Made by a program: the position numbers and the translations under genes. This document shows, in pieces, positions 50,432 through 63,005 of a stretch of 64,000 nucleotides of DNA (the first letter of the stretch is position 1; each line of letters begins with the position of its first letter). Location: assembly GCA_030141605.1 (NCBI GenBank), contig JAQGDQ010000782.1, forward strand, positions 32,099-96,098, written 5' to 3'. Source of the stretch: Tubiluchus corallicola (taxonomy: Eukaryota > Animalia > Priapulida). Under the pieces are notes generated by a model. That model searched no databases and had not been told where the DNA came from. It was given only the letters and a program-made list of their open reading frames with translations.

Positions 50432-51870
50432 ATGTGTCAGCTGACAGTCAACAAATGCAAGTAACGGCAACATGTTAGCAGCTATGCTATCAGACTACCA
50501 AGCTAGTAAAAGATTTCTCAAAGGTCACATACGAACAATATTTTCAAGAAGATCTAAAAGTCGAAACTGAAAGTTCCCTCTTCCATTGGATATAACAAAT
50601 TATGCAGTTACTCGTTACAGAAAAGGAAATTCTATTTTCTGTTTGTTTCGTCCGCCATCTTGCGCATATTTCTCTTAAATTCATTCAATCTCGCATGGCG
50701 ATTGCTCCTTGCTGAAATTTCTCTCTCGTAAACAAATTGGGACAACCTGTCACAAATGGCTGAAGATTTTCAACTAATAAAATACAAAATGTCGAATAAC
50801 CAACACAATCCTCTCTCTGGGGGATACTTTGATGCCCCGGTTACACTGTCCATCATTGCTTAGCATTAGTGAAAGAAGCAATTCTGTGGTTTCGTAATCA
50901 AAAGAAGTCTTATGTCTGTTATCTTATATAATTATGATTGCCTCTTTCTTATCATTCCTACTGACTGTATGTGGTTATTCATTGGCCTAGTAAATTAGCA
51001 TTATTTATTAGGTTATAAATTTATCTAGTTTTCGTAATAATTAATTAGCATGCACAGCTTTAGCACTATTTTAAAAATTATTAATTAGTTTTAACCCTGC
51101 GGATTGTGATTTTATTGTAATCCATTTTATAGGAAATAATGTATTATTGTGTATATTATTATATCTGTACAGTTGCTTACCTTAAAGCACCAGAAAACGC
51201 TCTTTACGAATAAAGCTTAAAAAATTCGTCAAATTTTATACCACTTATATCATCTCTTATTGCATGCAGAGCTGTGTTAGTAGCAACGCTGTATAAAACT
51301 TGTAAATTTGCTCTCAGGAGGACTTTTGCGTGCCGCCATTTTAATGATAAGTCGTTTAAAACAAGTTTAGATAACATTGTGTGAAATTTGAACAAATAAT
51401 TCATAGCATTCATAGGACATATTTCACTAATGTAAATAATTGATGCTTATTAGTATTTATACACTAAGTATAAATAACTTTATCTTGTCAAAAAGATACG
51501 TTTTTTAGTGAATCGGTGGTGCACACTGGGAAGGTGAAGTAATGTATGTGAGTTAATTACCAATTACCTGTTACCTGCGCAAGGTTTTCAATTGCAAAGA
51601 ATTTTCTTTTCTGGTTATGTAAATCTTTCAGGCAGATAAGGGTAGTGCTAAGTAATGTAAATTTTTGTGGATTTTTTTCTTTTGAAAATAAAACATGCTT
51701 TCAAATTTTCTTCCCCTTTTTAAGTAAACGAATGTCAGATCATTTAAGTTCTTGAGTATTCATTATTCTCTTACTGTGAAATAAAAAAACAGGTTTCACA
51801 CGCCACCTGCACCAAACTTCAGGAAACATTTTTAGGTTTTTATCAACATAAATCATCCAATATTTACAAA

Positions 51871-52322
51871 ATCATCATCATCCAATGAATCATGCGGCCA
51901 GGGACATGATTTTGCTCACCTCCCTATGCCAGATCATCATCATCATCATCCAATGAATCACACGTCCAGGGACATGATTCTGCTCACCTCCCTATGCCAG
52001 GACTCCCTGCTCGCCGCAAAGCATCAAGTGGATTTATTTCTAAGGATCAATGCAGAAGTGTTTAAATCTTTCTGTGCAAAATCTAAATATGTTAACATTT
52101 GTCCTCCTGCAGGTTTTTTAGCTGGTTCTATGGCTTGTTGAAGAGCTGTCTTCACTGGAATATTATCAGGTAGTCTAAGCATATGCCCAATCTATCTTAA
52201 ACGGCGTCTTTTTATTTTTCTTGTTCAAGGTTCTTCTTTTATTTTTTCATATAGATCTTTGTTTGAAATTTTCTTTGGCCATGTAATACCCAAAATGTTT
52301 CTGTAATTTCGTCTTTGAAACT
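51871..52322 (-). mobile_element. RTE-clade LINE 3' remnant, same family as 57296-57830, with a duplicated 3' end
   Basis: Near-identical to 57296-57675. The tail segment catcatcatccaatgaatca is present twice. Confidence 0.82.
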
Positions 52323-52459
52323 TACAAAAGACCATGCAGGAGTGTTTATGGACGTTCTTTTGTTGTTCGTAATAAGAATCCTAATTTAAGAAATGAAAGC
52401 AAAAAACCTGTCAAATCCACCAGCAGTTTTATTTACCTTTAATGATTGCTAAATCAATA

Positions 52460-52842
52460 AGCCTTTTCACAGTTCCAGCGATTGATGATGATCGTGAAAA
52501 GGTCAAAGGTTAAGTGTACCAGACAACGCATTTGTGTACACTTGACAACGCCTCTTAGCCCATGCTATTGTAATAATAACAGTTTTAACAGGTAGCTAGA
52601 ATCTTACCTAGTTCATTTTTTCTTATTCCCAAGCAAGATCCTGCTAGTAGGTGTACGCATAGACTAACGGATAATTAAGTCAAGTCCACGTGAAACAACG
52701 GAAGTTACTGAACTAATGCGGCAGACTGTTTTGCTTTACCCACATGTCATGTGACACTTGTAGTTAAGATGTGTTGCTGTGGTACACTTAACCTTTGACT
52801 TACAGCAACTGCGCATGCGCACAACGAAACTATGAAAAGGCT
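52460..52842 (-). mobile_element. TIR MITE family C
   Basis: AGCCTTTTCACAGTT ... ATGAAAAGGCT. The body is the reverse complement of 42980-43364. Confidence 0.75.
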
Positions 52843-53317
52843 GAGTGTGACGTTTGCACCGGAATTTATTCCAGTAATTTGAAGAAATTATTTTAAAAAT
52901 GTAGGACCGTGTGCAACACTATACCTTCCACTCGCTAACTTCTTTCTAATGATATTAAGTTTCAGTGAGTTTACTAATTTAGCTTCTTAAGGTATCACTT
53001 ACTGCCACTAATGAAGGGGATTTATGGAATTTCACAAAAGACTCAGACATGGCCGCACAAAGCGTCTGTTACCATGGTGACAGAGTCTACGGAGTACATT
53101 TTTCAGACATGCGAATAGGCTATAAACCGAAATGACTGCACAACAAAAGAATTAGATGGTTAAACTGATTGGTTCCATGTTACAGTATTCTCAAATATTT
53201 AAGACCAAACATTATATCTCGCTATTTCGTCTTCCCGGAAGTTTATGGGTCAAAAAATTGCCATAATCATTATGTCATTTTGTTGACAATTTGATATCTT
53301 GACATCCTAGTCTTTAT

Positions 53318-54020
53318 CAGTGGCGGCTCGTGTACAGGTACTGTGGAACTGCAGCACCCCCTATTTTCACTCAATATTATCAATAATATTCAATATAATG
53401 TCTTTTTTCTTTAGTTCTTTCTTTATACTTGTACGGAAGCAGAGCACGTCAGGGTAGTACTGTTTGCTTCACAGCCCAGCACAGTGGTGTGTATGTTTGT
53501 TGTGCGCATGCGGCCATTTTAACTCTATATTATCAATAATATTCAATGTAATAAGTCTTTTTTAGTTCTTTCTTCATGTTTGTATGGAAGCAGAGCACGT
53601 GAGGGTAATACTGTTTGCGTGACAATATGTCTATGTCTATGTCTATGTCTAAGTGACAGTACAGCACAGTTGTGTGTTTGGCTGGTGTACACATGTCTGA
53701 GATAACACACTGTAAGCTGCACTGCTAGCGTCAGCTGGCAGACAGAGAAAGTACTGTCGTTCACACGGTTTGTTGTCAGTTGTCACCTGCTTAAAACCGT
53801 GTAGCGGCATATTATTGAACTGCGACAATTTAAGTTACTCGTAAGGAAAAAATTTTTTTGTTTAAGACATTATCAAGTGTATGTATCAATTTTTGTATGT
53901 TTGTTTATTTAAAATTACAATTACAAATTAATACAACGTTAAAATTACGTATATTTGTTTCATTTTACACTCTATTAAAACAGTGACTAAAATTTTTCTG
54001 AAGCATCGTCCCCAATAATT
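53318..54020 (-). mobile_element. hAT-type MITE (family B), inverted, with internal duplication
   Basis: Starts CAGTGGCGGCTCGTGTACAGGTACTGTGG, the reverse complement of the family B end. Confidence 0.75.
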
Positions 54021-54625
54021 TTAACTACTGGCTGACACAGGCCCCTATACTTGCCGCGCAGTATACGGGTCACGTGTCACAAACATGAATTCTTATTGGT
54101 TAGGGCTACTTAACGGTAGTGACATCTGTTGGTGAGTAATTTCACTACTGGCTGACACAGGCCTTTATACTTGCCGCGCAGTATACCGGTTACGTGTCAC
54201 AAACATGAATTCTTATTGGTTAGGGCTACTTCACGGTAGTGACATCTGTTGGTGAGTAATTTTAACTACTGGCTGACACAGGCCTTTATACTTGCCGCGC
54301 AGTATACGGGTTACGTGTCACAAACATGAATTCTTATTGGTTAGGCCTACTTCACGGTAGTGACACCTGTTGGTGAGTAATTTTAATTACTGGCTGATAT
54401 AGGCCTTTATACTTGCCGCGCATTATACGGCTCACGTGTCACAAACATGAATTCTTATTGGTTAGGCCGACTTCACGGTAGTGACATCTGTTGGTGAGTA
54501 ATTTTAACTACTGGCTGACACAGGCCCTTATACTTGCCGCGCATTATACGGCTGACGTGTCACAAACATGAATTCTTATTGGTTAGGCCTACTTCACTGT
54601 AGTGACATCTGTTGGTGAGCAATTT
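54015..54625. repeat. Tandem repeat, 5 x 120-121 bp
   Basis: Unit ACTACTGGCTGACACAGGCC...GACATCTGTTGGTGAGTAATTTT. Confidence 0.92.
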
Positions 54626-55208
54626 TCTTACACGCACACTCAGACCTCTACGACACCATAACCTTTCAGACAATTCGAGCATCTGTACATGACTTTAGGC
54701 TATGTAATCATATTCTATGTAATCATTTTGCTTCAATATATGAAAGTTTACACCTGCAAGAGTTCTATCAACAGAAGTAATCAAAACTGCACGGGTTTTA
54801 GTTACTAAAACACGGAAACTCACTCACAGTAATGCAAGACAGGAGCCAAGTGAGTTCCTAATGGTTACTAACATAATGCCTTTGACAAAACACTGTATGA
54901 ATAGAATCAAATTACAGCAGATATTGCGACGACTAATGGAGATGTTGCTGTTCGTTTTAATAATCATCACTGTTGCCATTTTACTAGAGACGTTCTCTTG
55001 TCTGTTAATACGTTTTGACGCATCAAGTTGCAACCACAGACATAACCAAGAAATCTTTACTGTTATTTACTTAGTAAGTAATCGGTCGCCATCGCTGTCG
55101 TCATCATCAACATCGCTATTATGGCCGCCATTTCTTTACTTCATTTATCAGGATATTTTATTGTTTGTTTATGCCATAATTTAAGGGAAGGTTAAGCCTT
55201 CTGAGATG

Positions 55209-55720
55209 CAGTGGCGGCCCGTAATCAAAATTACTGGGGGTGCTGCTTCTTATCCATTGCTTTAATACTGTGTAAAGCGAAACAAATATATGTTATTTTA
55301 ATGTTGTAATTTGCACTTGTGATTGTAAACAAACAAACATACAAAAATTTATACATAAAATTGCTTACAAAATAGCCTAAATGGCCGTACTTCGGGATAT
55401 GCAGGTACAAGGTTTTTAAGCACGTGACAACTGACAACAAACTGTGTGAGCGACAATACTTTCTCTACCTAGCAGCAGACGGTAGCAGTGCAGCGTACAG
55501 CGTGTTATCTCAGACATGCGCACATGCCAAACACACTTATGTGCTGGGCTGTGAAGTAAACAGTACTGTCACGTGCTCTGGTTCCGTACAAGTTATACAA
55601 AAAACTAAAGAAAAAAGACTTATTATACTGAATATTATATTGAACAATATAATGTTGAGTTAAAATAGGGGGTGTTGCAGTTCCATAGTACCTCTAGTGC
55701 AGGTACCTATAGTACCTATA
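55209..55720 (+). mobile_element. hAT-type MITE (family B)
   Basis: CAGTGGCGGCCCGTAATCAAAATTACTGGGGGTGCTGC start. The body aligns with 14650-15139. Confidence 0.75.
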
Positions 55721-55769
55721 CAAAAGTAATTATTGATTACAGGTGAAAAGGTGTTGGACGAACTGTGAG

Positions 55770-56920
55770 TGATCAATCATATTTGGTCAATCATACCACG
55801 AATTCGTCAATCAATCATCAATTCGTCAATCAATCACCAATTCGTCAATCATATCATATTTCGTCAATCAATCATCAATTCGTCAATCAATCACCAATTC
55901 GTCAATTATATCATATTTCGTCAATCAATCATGAATTCGTCAATCAATCATCAATTCGTCAATCATATCATATTTCGTCAATCAATCATCAATTCATCAA
56001 TCAATCACCAATTCGTCAATCCTATCATATTTCGTCAATCAATCATCAATTCGTCAATCAATCATCAATTCATCAATCAATCACCAATTCGTCAATCATA
56101 TCATATTTCGTCAATCCTATCATATTTCGTCAATCAATCATCAATTCGTCAATCATATCATATTTCGTTAATCAATCCCCAATTCGTCAATCATATCATA
56201 TTTCGTCAATCCTATCATATTTCGTCAATCAATCATCAATTCGTCAATCATATCATATTTCGTTAATCCTATCATATTTCGTCAATCAATCACCAATTCG
56301 TCAATCATATCATATTTCGTCAATCTTATCATATTTCGTCAATCAATCACCAATTCGTCAATCATATCATATTTCGTTAATCAATCACGAATTCGTCAAT
56401 CAATCATCAATTCGTCAATCATATCATATTTCGTCAATCAAACATCAATTCGTCAATCATACCGTATTTCGTCAATCAATTATCAATTCGTCAATCAATC
56501 ATCAATTCGTCATCAATCATCAATTCGTCAATCAATCATCAATTCGTCAATCAATCATGAATTCGTCAATCAATCATCAATTGGTCTATCAATCATGAAT
56601 TCATCAATCAATCATCAATTCGACAATCAATCATGAATTCATCAATCAATGATCAATTCGTCAATCAATCATGAATTCGTCAATCAATCATCAATTCGTC
56701 AATCATATCATATTTCTTCAATCAATCATGAATTCGTCAATCAATCATCAATTCGTCAATCATATCATATTTCTTCAATCAACCATGAATTCGTCAATCA
56801 ATCATCAATTCGTCAATCATATCATATTTCGTCAATCAATCATCAATTCGTCAATCAATCATCAATTCGTCAATCAATCATCAATTCGTCAATCAATCAT
56901 GAATTCATCAATCATATTTA
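55770..56920. repeat. 19-bp variant minisatellite (TTCGTCAATC plus AATCATCAA or ATATCATAT)
   Basis: Direct reading. Confidence 0.92.
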
Positions 56921-57295
56921 TATTTATAATCGTAGTTACAGGATTCCAAATCTATTTAAAGATACACGAAAGAGCCACGCAGCTTCCTAGAATTAACATG
57001 TTCATTGAGCGACGATCGTTTCGGCTATTGAAGCCATTATCAAGCTATAAATGAAACCAAATGGAAGAATAAATAATACATTAATGATCCAAAAGCACAA
57101 ACTGAAACTGCAAAACAACAGAATAGAATTATCAAAATAAACAAGGCAGTAACGGAAGAATTTACAGAGAAATGTACAAAATTTTACTTAACACACAAAA
57201 GAACACAACAGGTATACAGTTAATACAAGTCTACATAATGAAGAACCACAACAGTAAGCATTACAATAACAAAACACAACTTCTACATTTTGCAC

Positions 57296-57830
57296 ATCAT
57301 CATCATCCAATGAATCACACGTCCAGGGACATGATTCTGCTCACCTCTCTATGCCAGGACTCCCTACTCGCTGCAATGCCCCAAGTGGATTTATTTCTAA
57401 GGATCAATGCTGAAGTGTTTAAATCTTTCTGTGCAAAATCTAAATGTTAACATTTGTCCTCCTGCAGGTTTTTTAGCTGGTTTTATGGCTTGTTAAAGAG
57501 CTATCTTCACTGGAATATCATCAGGTAGTCTAAGAATATCCCCAATCTATCTTAAACGGCGTCTTTTTATTTTTCTTGTCCAAGGTTCTTCTTTTATTTT
57601 TTCATATAGATCTTTGTTTGAAATTTTCTTTGGCCATCTAATCCCCAAAATGTTTCTGTAATTTCGCCTTTGAAACGCATCGATTTCAGCTTTATGATTT
57701 GCTTTTAATGTCCAGGGCTCAGAGTTATACAGAAATACAGTTTCAGCTAAGGCTGAGAATATTCTAATTTTTGTTTTCCAAAGAAATCTTCCTACTCTCA
57801 AAAACTTTTGCACAATTTGCATCAAGTGAG
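57296..57830 (-). mobile_element. RTE-clade LINE 3' remnant
   Basis: KTKIRIF..FLYNSEPWTL..IDAFQRRNYRNILGIRWP..ISNKDLY..IKRRRLR, with a (GAT)n tail. Confidence 0.85.
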
Positions 57831-58037
57831 AACTACAATGAGGGAAACCAGCAGCATGTGAATGTCAGAGTGACACAGAGAGTGAATCCACCACGACCAC
57901 TACAGACCCTGAGGAACATAGTCAAACAAATGTCAAAACACAGTAACATATATTTTACCTATATTTATATATATGTCTTATTCGATGTTTTTGTTTGAAC
58001 ATATGTGGCTTGGTTATCATGAATGAGTTTTTTGAAG

Positions 58038-58179
58038 GTTGTTATGAATTTCTGGGCGAACGAAAGAATCTTAAAGCCTACGGGTGTAAAAATCGTCTGG
58101 CCTGGAGGAATCACTGGACCGGTACCGGATGTCCCAGAGTGTGGATTTATGGGGAACGATCCTGCTTGTGAAGACAGAG
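58038..58179 (+). CDS. Receptor GC exon 8, juxtamembrane (..IVWPGGITGPVPDVPECGFMGNDPACEDR)
   Basis: tttgaag acceptor, GTGGGT donor, 142 nt, phase 0-1, PDxPxCGF motif. Confidence 0.92.
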
Positions 58180-59389
58180 GTGGGTTAAATGCATTGTTAA
58201 AAACAATGTCAAGACATCAAGTTAATCGACAGGGGCGTATCAAGACTTTACGACGCCCTAATCTGATAGTTCTCTCCCGCCCATCCCTATCGTGAATTAA
58301 CGGTTGCTTATGTAATGAGCAGCGTAAACAATTACTTGTGGTGTATTAGAAACAGTATTAACCCAGTGGTTGGACAGAAAAAATGATCTAATTACTCTAA
58401 ATTTATATTGTATTTTCTTCATATTTTTTAACTCTTGCCTAGTGCTGCCACCTTCAGGTGTTCTTGTTAAAATTGTTAAATGTTTCTCTTTACTGTTTAA
58501 ATTTTCATTGGCTTCTACAGTCTTTATGAATGCATAATCTCTAAACCTGTTTTCACACCTAGTTGATTTCACCTGTAGTTTTGGTAACTTGGTTTTCTGC
58601 TTTTCAACACTACGCTATTTCACTGATTATGTAGACACTTCAGAATAAAATCTTAAAACTAAATTTCAAGTTTTTTGGTTTCTTCAAACCACTGGTTATT
58701 ATTAATTACATATATTTGCATAGCGCTTTTATTCAACCAGGCTGCACAACTGCTTGTTGTGTTTTACTTTGCACCTGTTCGTTATGTGGCACTTATATAA
58801 AAGCTGCGCTCAGTAACTACCTGTGATGTGTTACAAACGCGCCCTTTGCATGAATATGAAGGTAGATTTTTTTCTAAAATATTACCCCCTCAAACTTTGG
58901 TGCCCGAAGCTATAGACTAGTTAACCTATTGGTTAATGCGCCCCCGCTAATTGACGTTATACATAAATAAGATTATCAAAAGTGTAATTAAAATATTGCT
59001 TAGTGGTTTCTTTAAAAATGTTGGTTAAAACGTGTGTAGTTATAAAATCCCATATTAGGAAAGCATTGTAAATGAATGTAGGCTTGCTCCTGCAAGAAAT
59101 AACTTTTGCCTAATGTATTGTTTCACGTTTTCGTAATTATATAGTAACAGCATGCATATTACAATGTGAAATTCATATTAAACAAGCACATCCCTTAAAA
59201 ATATTCACATATTGTACGCATGCGCATTGGTACCTGCGTGCCTTCTCTTTAGTAGAGTTTTCAAAAGAGGCACTCGTTCCCTAAACTAACGTGGAGTGTT
59301 TCCCACACTGATCGACACGCTGACCGTCACCACTCGGCTATTCGCCCAGACTCTGCGAATGGCATTATAAACTAAATGGTTTTTTGCAG

Positions 59390-59471
59390 GTTTACTGCCC
59401 CCATGGTCGGTTGCAGTCATCACAACTTTGTCAGTTGTTATTGTTTGTGCAGTTTGTTTATTTATCTACAG
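59390..59471 (+). CDS. Receptor GC exon 9, transmembrane helix (GLLPPWSVAVITTLSVVIVCAVCLFIYR)
   Basis: ttttgcag acceptor, GTATGA donor, 82 nt, phase 1-2. Confidence 0.9.
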
Positions 59472-59514
59472 GTATGATTTTGTAATATATTTATATTGTG
59501 TTTAATTGTATTGT

Positions 59515-60095
59515 TTGTGGTGGTGACGGTGATGGTGATGATGATGATGATGGTGGTGGTGGTAGTGGTGGTGATGATGATGGTGGTGATGGTGGTGGTG
59601 GTGGTGATGGTGATGATGGTGGTGGTGGTGGTGGTGGTGGTGGTTGTGATGGTGGTTGTGGTGATGGTAGTGATGGTTGTGGTGATGGTGGTGATGTTTG
59701 TGGTGGTGGTAGTGGTGGTGGTGATGGTGGTGGTGATGGTGGCGGTGCTGGTTTTGGTGGTGGTGGTGATGGTGGTGTTTGTGTTGGTGGTGGTGGTGGT
59801 GTTGGTGGTGGCGGTGGTGGTGGTGGTGGTGATAGCAGCAGTGGTGGTGTGGTGATGGTGGTGGTGGTGATGGTGGTGTTGGTGGTGGTGGTGGTGGTGG
59901 TGGTGTAGGTGGTGGTGTTGGTGATGGTGGTGGTGGTGATGATGGTGGTGGTGGTGGTGGTGGTGGTGATGATGATGATGATGATGGTGATGGTGGTGGT
60001 GGTGATGATGAATTGAGATGATGATGAAGATGATGATGAAGATGATGAAGAAGAAGAAGAAGAAGAAGATGATGATGATAGTGGTGGTGGTGAGG

Positions 60096-60127
<32 letters not shown>

Positions 60128-60155
60128 GATGATGATGATGATGGTGGTGATGATG

Positions 60156-60187
<32 letters not shown>

Positions 60188-60209
60188 GATGATGATGATG
60201 GTCATGATG

Positions 60210-60269
<60 letters not shown>

Positions 60270-60340
60270 TTGATGACGATGATGATGATGATGAAGATGA
60301 CGATGATGACGATGATGATGATGATGGTCATGATCATGAT
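59515..60340. repeat. Compound (GGT)n/(GAT)n microsatellite
   Basis: Direct reading. Confidence 0.96.
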
Positions 60341-61072
60341 TGTTAGCGCAAGTAAAGCTCGCGCAATTTGCATCTTTAGAAATTGTCGATGGCTTCAGCC
60401 TGGCGTCAATCCCTGACTCGGGAGTCGTGTATTCAAAAGATAATTAAATGCAATGCCTAAATAATAAAAATGGCGAACTCCATTTAAAGAAGATCACGAA
60501 GGTAGAGTAAGACGTCAGAAACAATTGTAACTTTGCCTTGATTTGCTCTGCTAGATGACCAGTAGAGTACAGAAACGTAGATACAGATATTTGCCAGAGA
60601 ATTGTTGAAGGAAGACAGGATGATTTCTCATATACTGCTCCATTTTGAAATCTGATAAAAAGTATACATTTTAACACAATTAATACTGCAAAAGCCTTTC
60701 TGATAATTAAATAATAGATTAAAATCTTAATTAACGGCAAACGAGCCCAACTATTGACGATATGGAAACGCATAGCACAAAAACAGGTGCTGTACCTCTT
60801 AGTTTAGATGTGTTAGTTTGTGACGAACTACACGCGTTCGACAGCTCACACGTGAGCACAGCGGTAAATTTGAAATTTGAATTTTTATCTTAAAACTTGC
60901 CTAGTTTTAGTACAACACATTGAAATCTTACAGTAGCACTGTACTTCAATTTTCGCTTTCACAAACACGCGCAACCCGCTCGTGAAATATTTTTGCTGTT
61001 GAAAGTCATGTTGGTTTGTGATATGTATAGTTTTTATCGACTTACACACTGCAATCCGCTTATGTTATTCAG

Positions 61073-61193
61073 AAAAATGAAGCTTGAATCTCAGCTGGCA
61101 GACATGTGGTGGAAAATTGCAAGCGCTGATCTTAATTTTTCAAAAGGCCGAGGAGTTAGGAATTCACTCACCTCAGCAGCCAGCAGTTTAGAG
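61073..61193 (+). CDS. Receptor GC exon 10 (KMKLESQLADMWWKIASADLNFSKGRGVRNSLTSAASSLE)
   Basis: ttattcag acceptor, GTAAGA donor, 121 nt, phase 2-0. KLExxLxxMxWxI motif followed by a Ser/Thr-rich segment. Confidence 0.92.
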
Positions 61194-61897
61194 GTAAGAA
61201 CCTCTTTTCTTTTTTTAGTAACATTGCTCCCAGCAAGGTTGACGCTCGCACAGAGTGCAGGGCTTCACCAGAACAGAAATATTATGTGTTCAGATCCGGA
61301 AAACCGTTGTTGTGAACAATGTTATGTGTACAGATCCGGAAAATCATTGTTGTGAACAATGTAAGAAGTTGTCGCGAATTTGAAAACGGCACAGTGCATT
61401 TCAGCATCCTGTCATTCTGTCATCCTGTCATTTTAGCATCCTGTCATTCGTCATCCTGTCATTCTCTCATCCTGTCATCCTGTCATTCTGTCATCCTGTC
61501 ATCCTATCATTCTGTCATCCTGTCATTCTGTCATCCTGTCATCCTGTCATTCTGTCATCGTGTCACCCTGTCATCCTGTCATTCTGTCATCCTGTCATCC
61601 TGTCATGCTGTCAGCCTGTCATCCTGTCATGAACCAGGAAACGTTCTAGTTACTTTTTGTTTTCTCTTAAAGTGTGGAAATTTTTCAGCTATCAAACTGA
61701 AGGTTTTTTTGTATCTAAAGGAAGTTCACAAAAACATATTATTAGTATTTTGCTGGTCTTCATTGTAGTTCCCAGTTTGAGATAAATAGAAACAGAGAAC
61801 GAATGATTAAAACATCATGATACAATTACTTATTTACAACAATTGTACAATGTTAGACGACATGTTGAAATACAATAAATGTGTCATATTGAGTTAC

Positions 61898-62450
61898 GAC
61901 TACGGCCAAATCACGTTGAAAACACTGGTTCTCGTCTGATCACCGAAGTTAAGCAATGTAGAGCCTGGTTAGTACTTGGATGGGTGACCGCCTAGGAATA
62001 CCAGGCGTTGTAGGCTTGCGGGATGCCCACACTGTATCTCAACACTAGGCGGAGGAGCTGCACAAGCAGCCAATGGCTAGAGGGCGGAGGAGGTCAAGTG
62101 ACCCAACGGCCATGTGTAGAGGAGTAAACCTTCCAAATCAGGAGTGGGGCCCCGAAGGCGGACCAGTGCAGCATACTCACTGACTCCGGCAGCTCCTGCA
62201 GCCAACCTGGTGCCAAACGTATCCCTCTGCTTTCCTTTGGACTACACCAGCGAGGAAGAGAGGGGGTTCCTATTGTCTGGGCAACTCAGGATCTCCATAC
62301 ACCTTCCCCAGGCGTGTGCCCTGGAGGCGTTCAAGGATCGCACTGCTCAGCCACAGTCGACACTGTAGCTCCATTAATGTGATCAATAAATGACTCTCTT
62401 GGTGCACACTCCATTGTTTTCCGAGACAGAAGGATGCCAACAACAACAAC
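61898..62450 (+). mobile_element. 5S rRNA-derived SINE (SINE3-type), full length, RTE-like tail
   Basis: 120-nt 5S head (61898-62017, with box A AGTTAAGC and box C TGGATGGGTGACC) and no TTTT terminator. Body ends GACAGAAGGATGCC(AAC)n. 8-bp TSD TGAGTTAC at 61890-61897 and 62451-62458. Confidence 0.9.
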
Positions 62451-62951
62451 TGAGTTACAGTCATAACTGTTAGTACTAATTTCTCTATTTATCTATGCAC
62501 AGTTTTGTACTATATAAATCCCCTCTAAAACATATTATGGAAGCGCTTCCTCTTTCAGGACCTCTCGTTACTTGCTCCAAAACGCTGAGAGTCCGATCTC
62601 AGTGTCTCTTCACTGACACTTCTAACATGGACACCCCTGCATGTACAACACCTCTCATACGTCAAAATTTCCCCGGGTTCTTCCCTGTGGAATTCTTTAC
62701 CAAACCATTGTTACCGTGGTAACCGTAACCTTACCTGCTTTAAGAACGTTATCAAGTAGCTCCTGTCACTAGCAAGCTAGAAACCATTTTATTTGTCTGT
62801 ACCTTTATTAACTATTTTCCACACCTTTTTACCTCTATAAGAGGCGACCACCATCTTGTCTAGGTGAATGTGTAAAGAAATTCAGACGTCAGTGCAAAGA
62901 TTTTCATCTGCCAGCCGTTTTACTCAATTTCTACTTCGTGTCTTATTTCAG

Positions 62952-63005
62952 GGATTTCTTACGTCTGGAAGGAAACAGACTTTTGCCAAAACTGCCATGT
63001 ATAAG
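62952..63005 (+). CDS. Receptor GC exon 11, kinase-homology domain start (GFLTSGRKQTFAKTAMYK)
   Basis: ttatttcag acceptor, GTACTG donor, 54 nt, phase 0-0. Resembles NPR QVFAKTAYYKG. Confidence 0.88.

Larger units (their letters stand above)
48376..51756. mobile_element. About 3.4-kb element bounded by about 250-bp inverted repeats (foldback-like)
   Basis: 48386-49095, minus the pogo insert, is the reverse complement of about 51500-51756. Termini are TA|CTCAAG ... CTTGAG|TA. Confidence 0.65.
27996..63005 (+). other. Gene span: receptor guanylyl cyclase of natriuretic-peptide-receptor (NPR-A/B) type, 11 coding exons, 3'-truncated by the window edge
   Basis: Phase-consistent GT-AG exon chain of 1656 nt (552 codons). 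Contains a signal peptide, PAIELA, ILGPVCS..WNIP, FPTLTR, GFHDALILY, FEGVAGTVVINDNGDR, IVWPGG..PDVPECGF, a TM helix and QTFAKTAMYK. The cyclase domain is not in the window. Confidence 0.9.

Noticed and set aside
55765-57054. SINHQ/RQS repeat ORFs
   Set aside because: Translation of the 19-bp minisatellite.
59462-60416. Poly-His/Ile/Thr and Gly-Asp-rich ORFs
   Set aside because: A trinucleotide microsatellite within GC intron 9.
61898-62017. Functional 5S rRNA gene (also 37881-38002)
   Set aside because: No oligo-T terminator. It is fused to a shared body and tail, flanked by TSDs and dispersed in introns, so it is a SINE head.
62495-62722. Extra GC exon between exons 10 and 11
   Set aside because: The candidate acceptors (62502, 62558) give early stops in the required phase 0. 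The start of the region belongs to the repeat shared with 33170-33230. Exon 10 already joins 62952 in frame.
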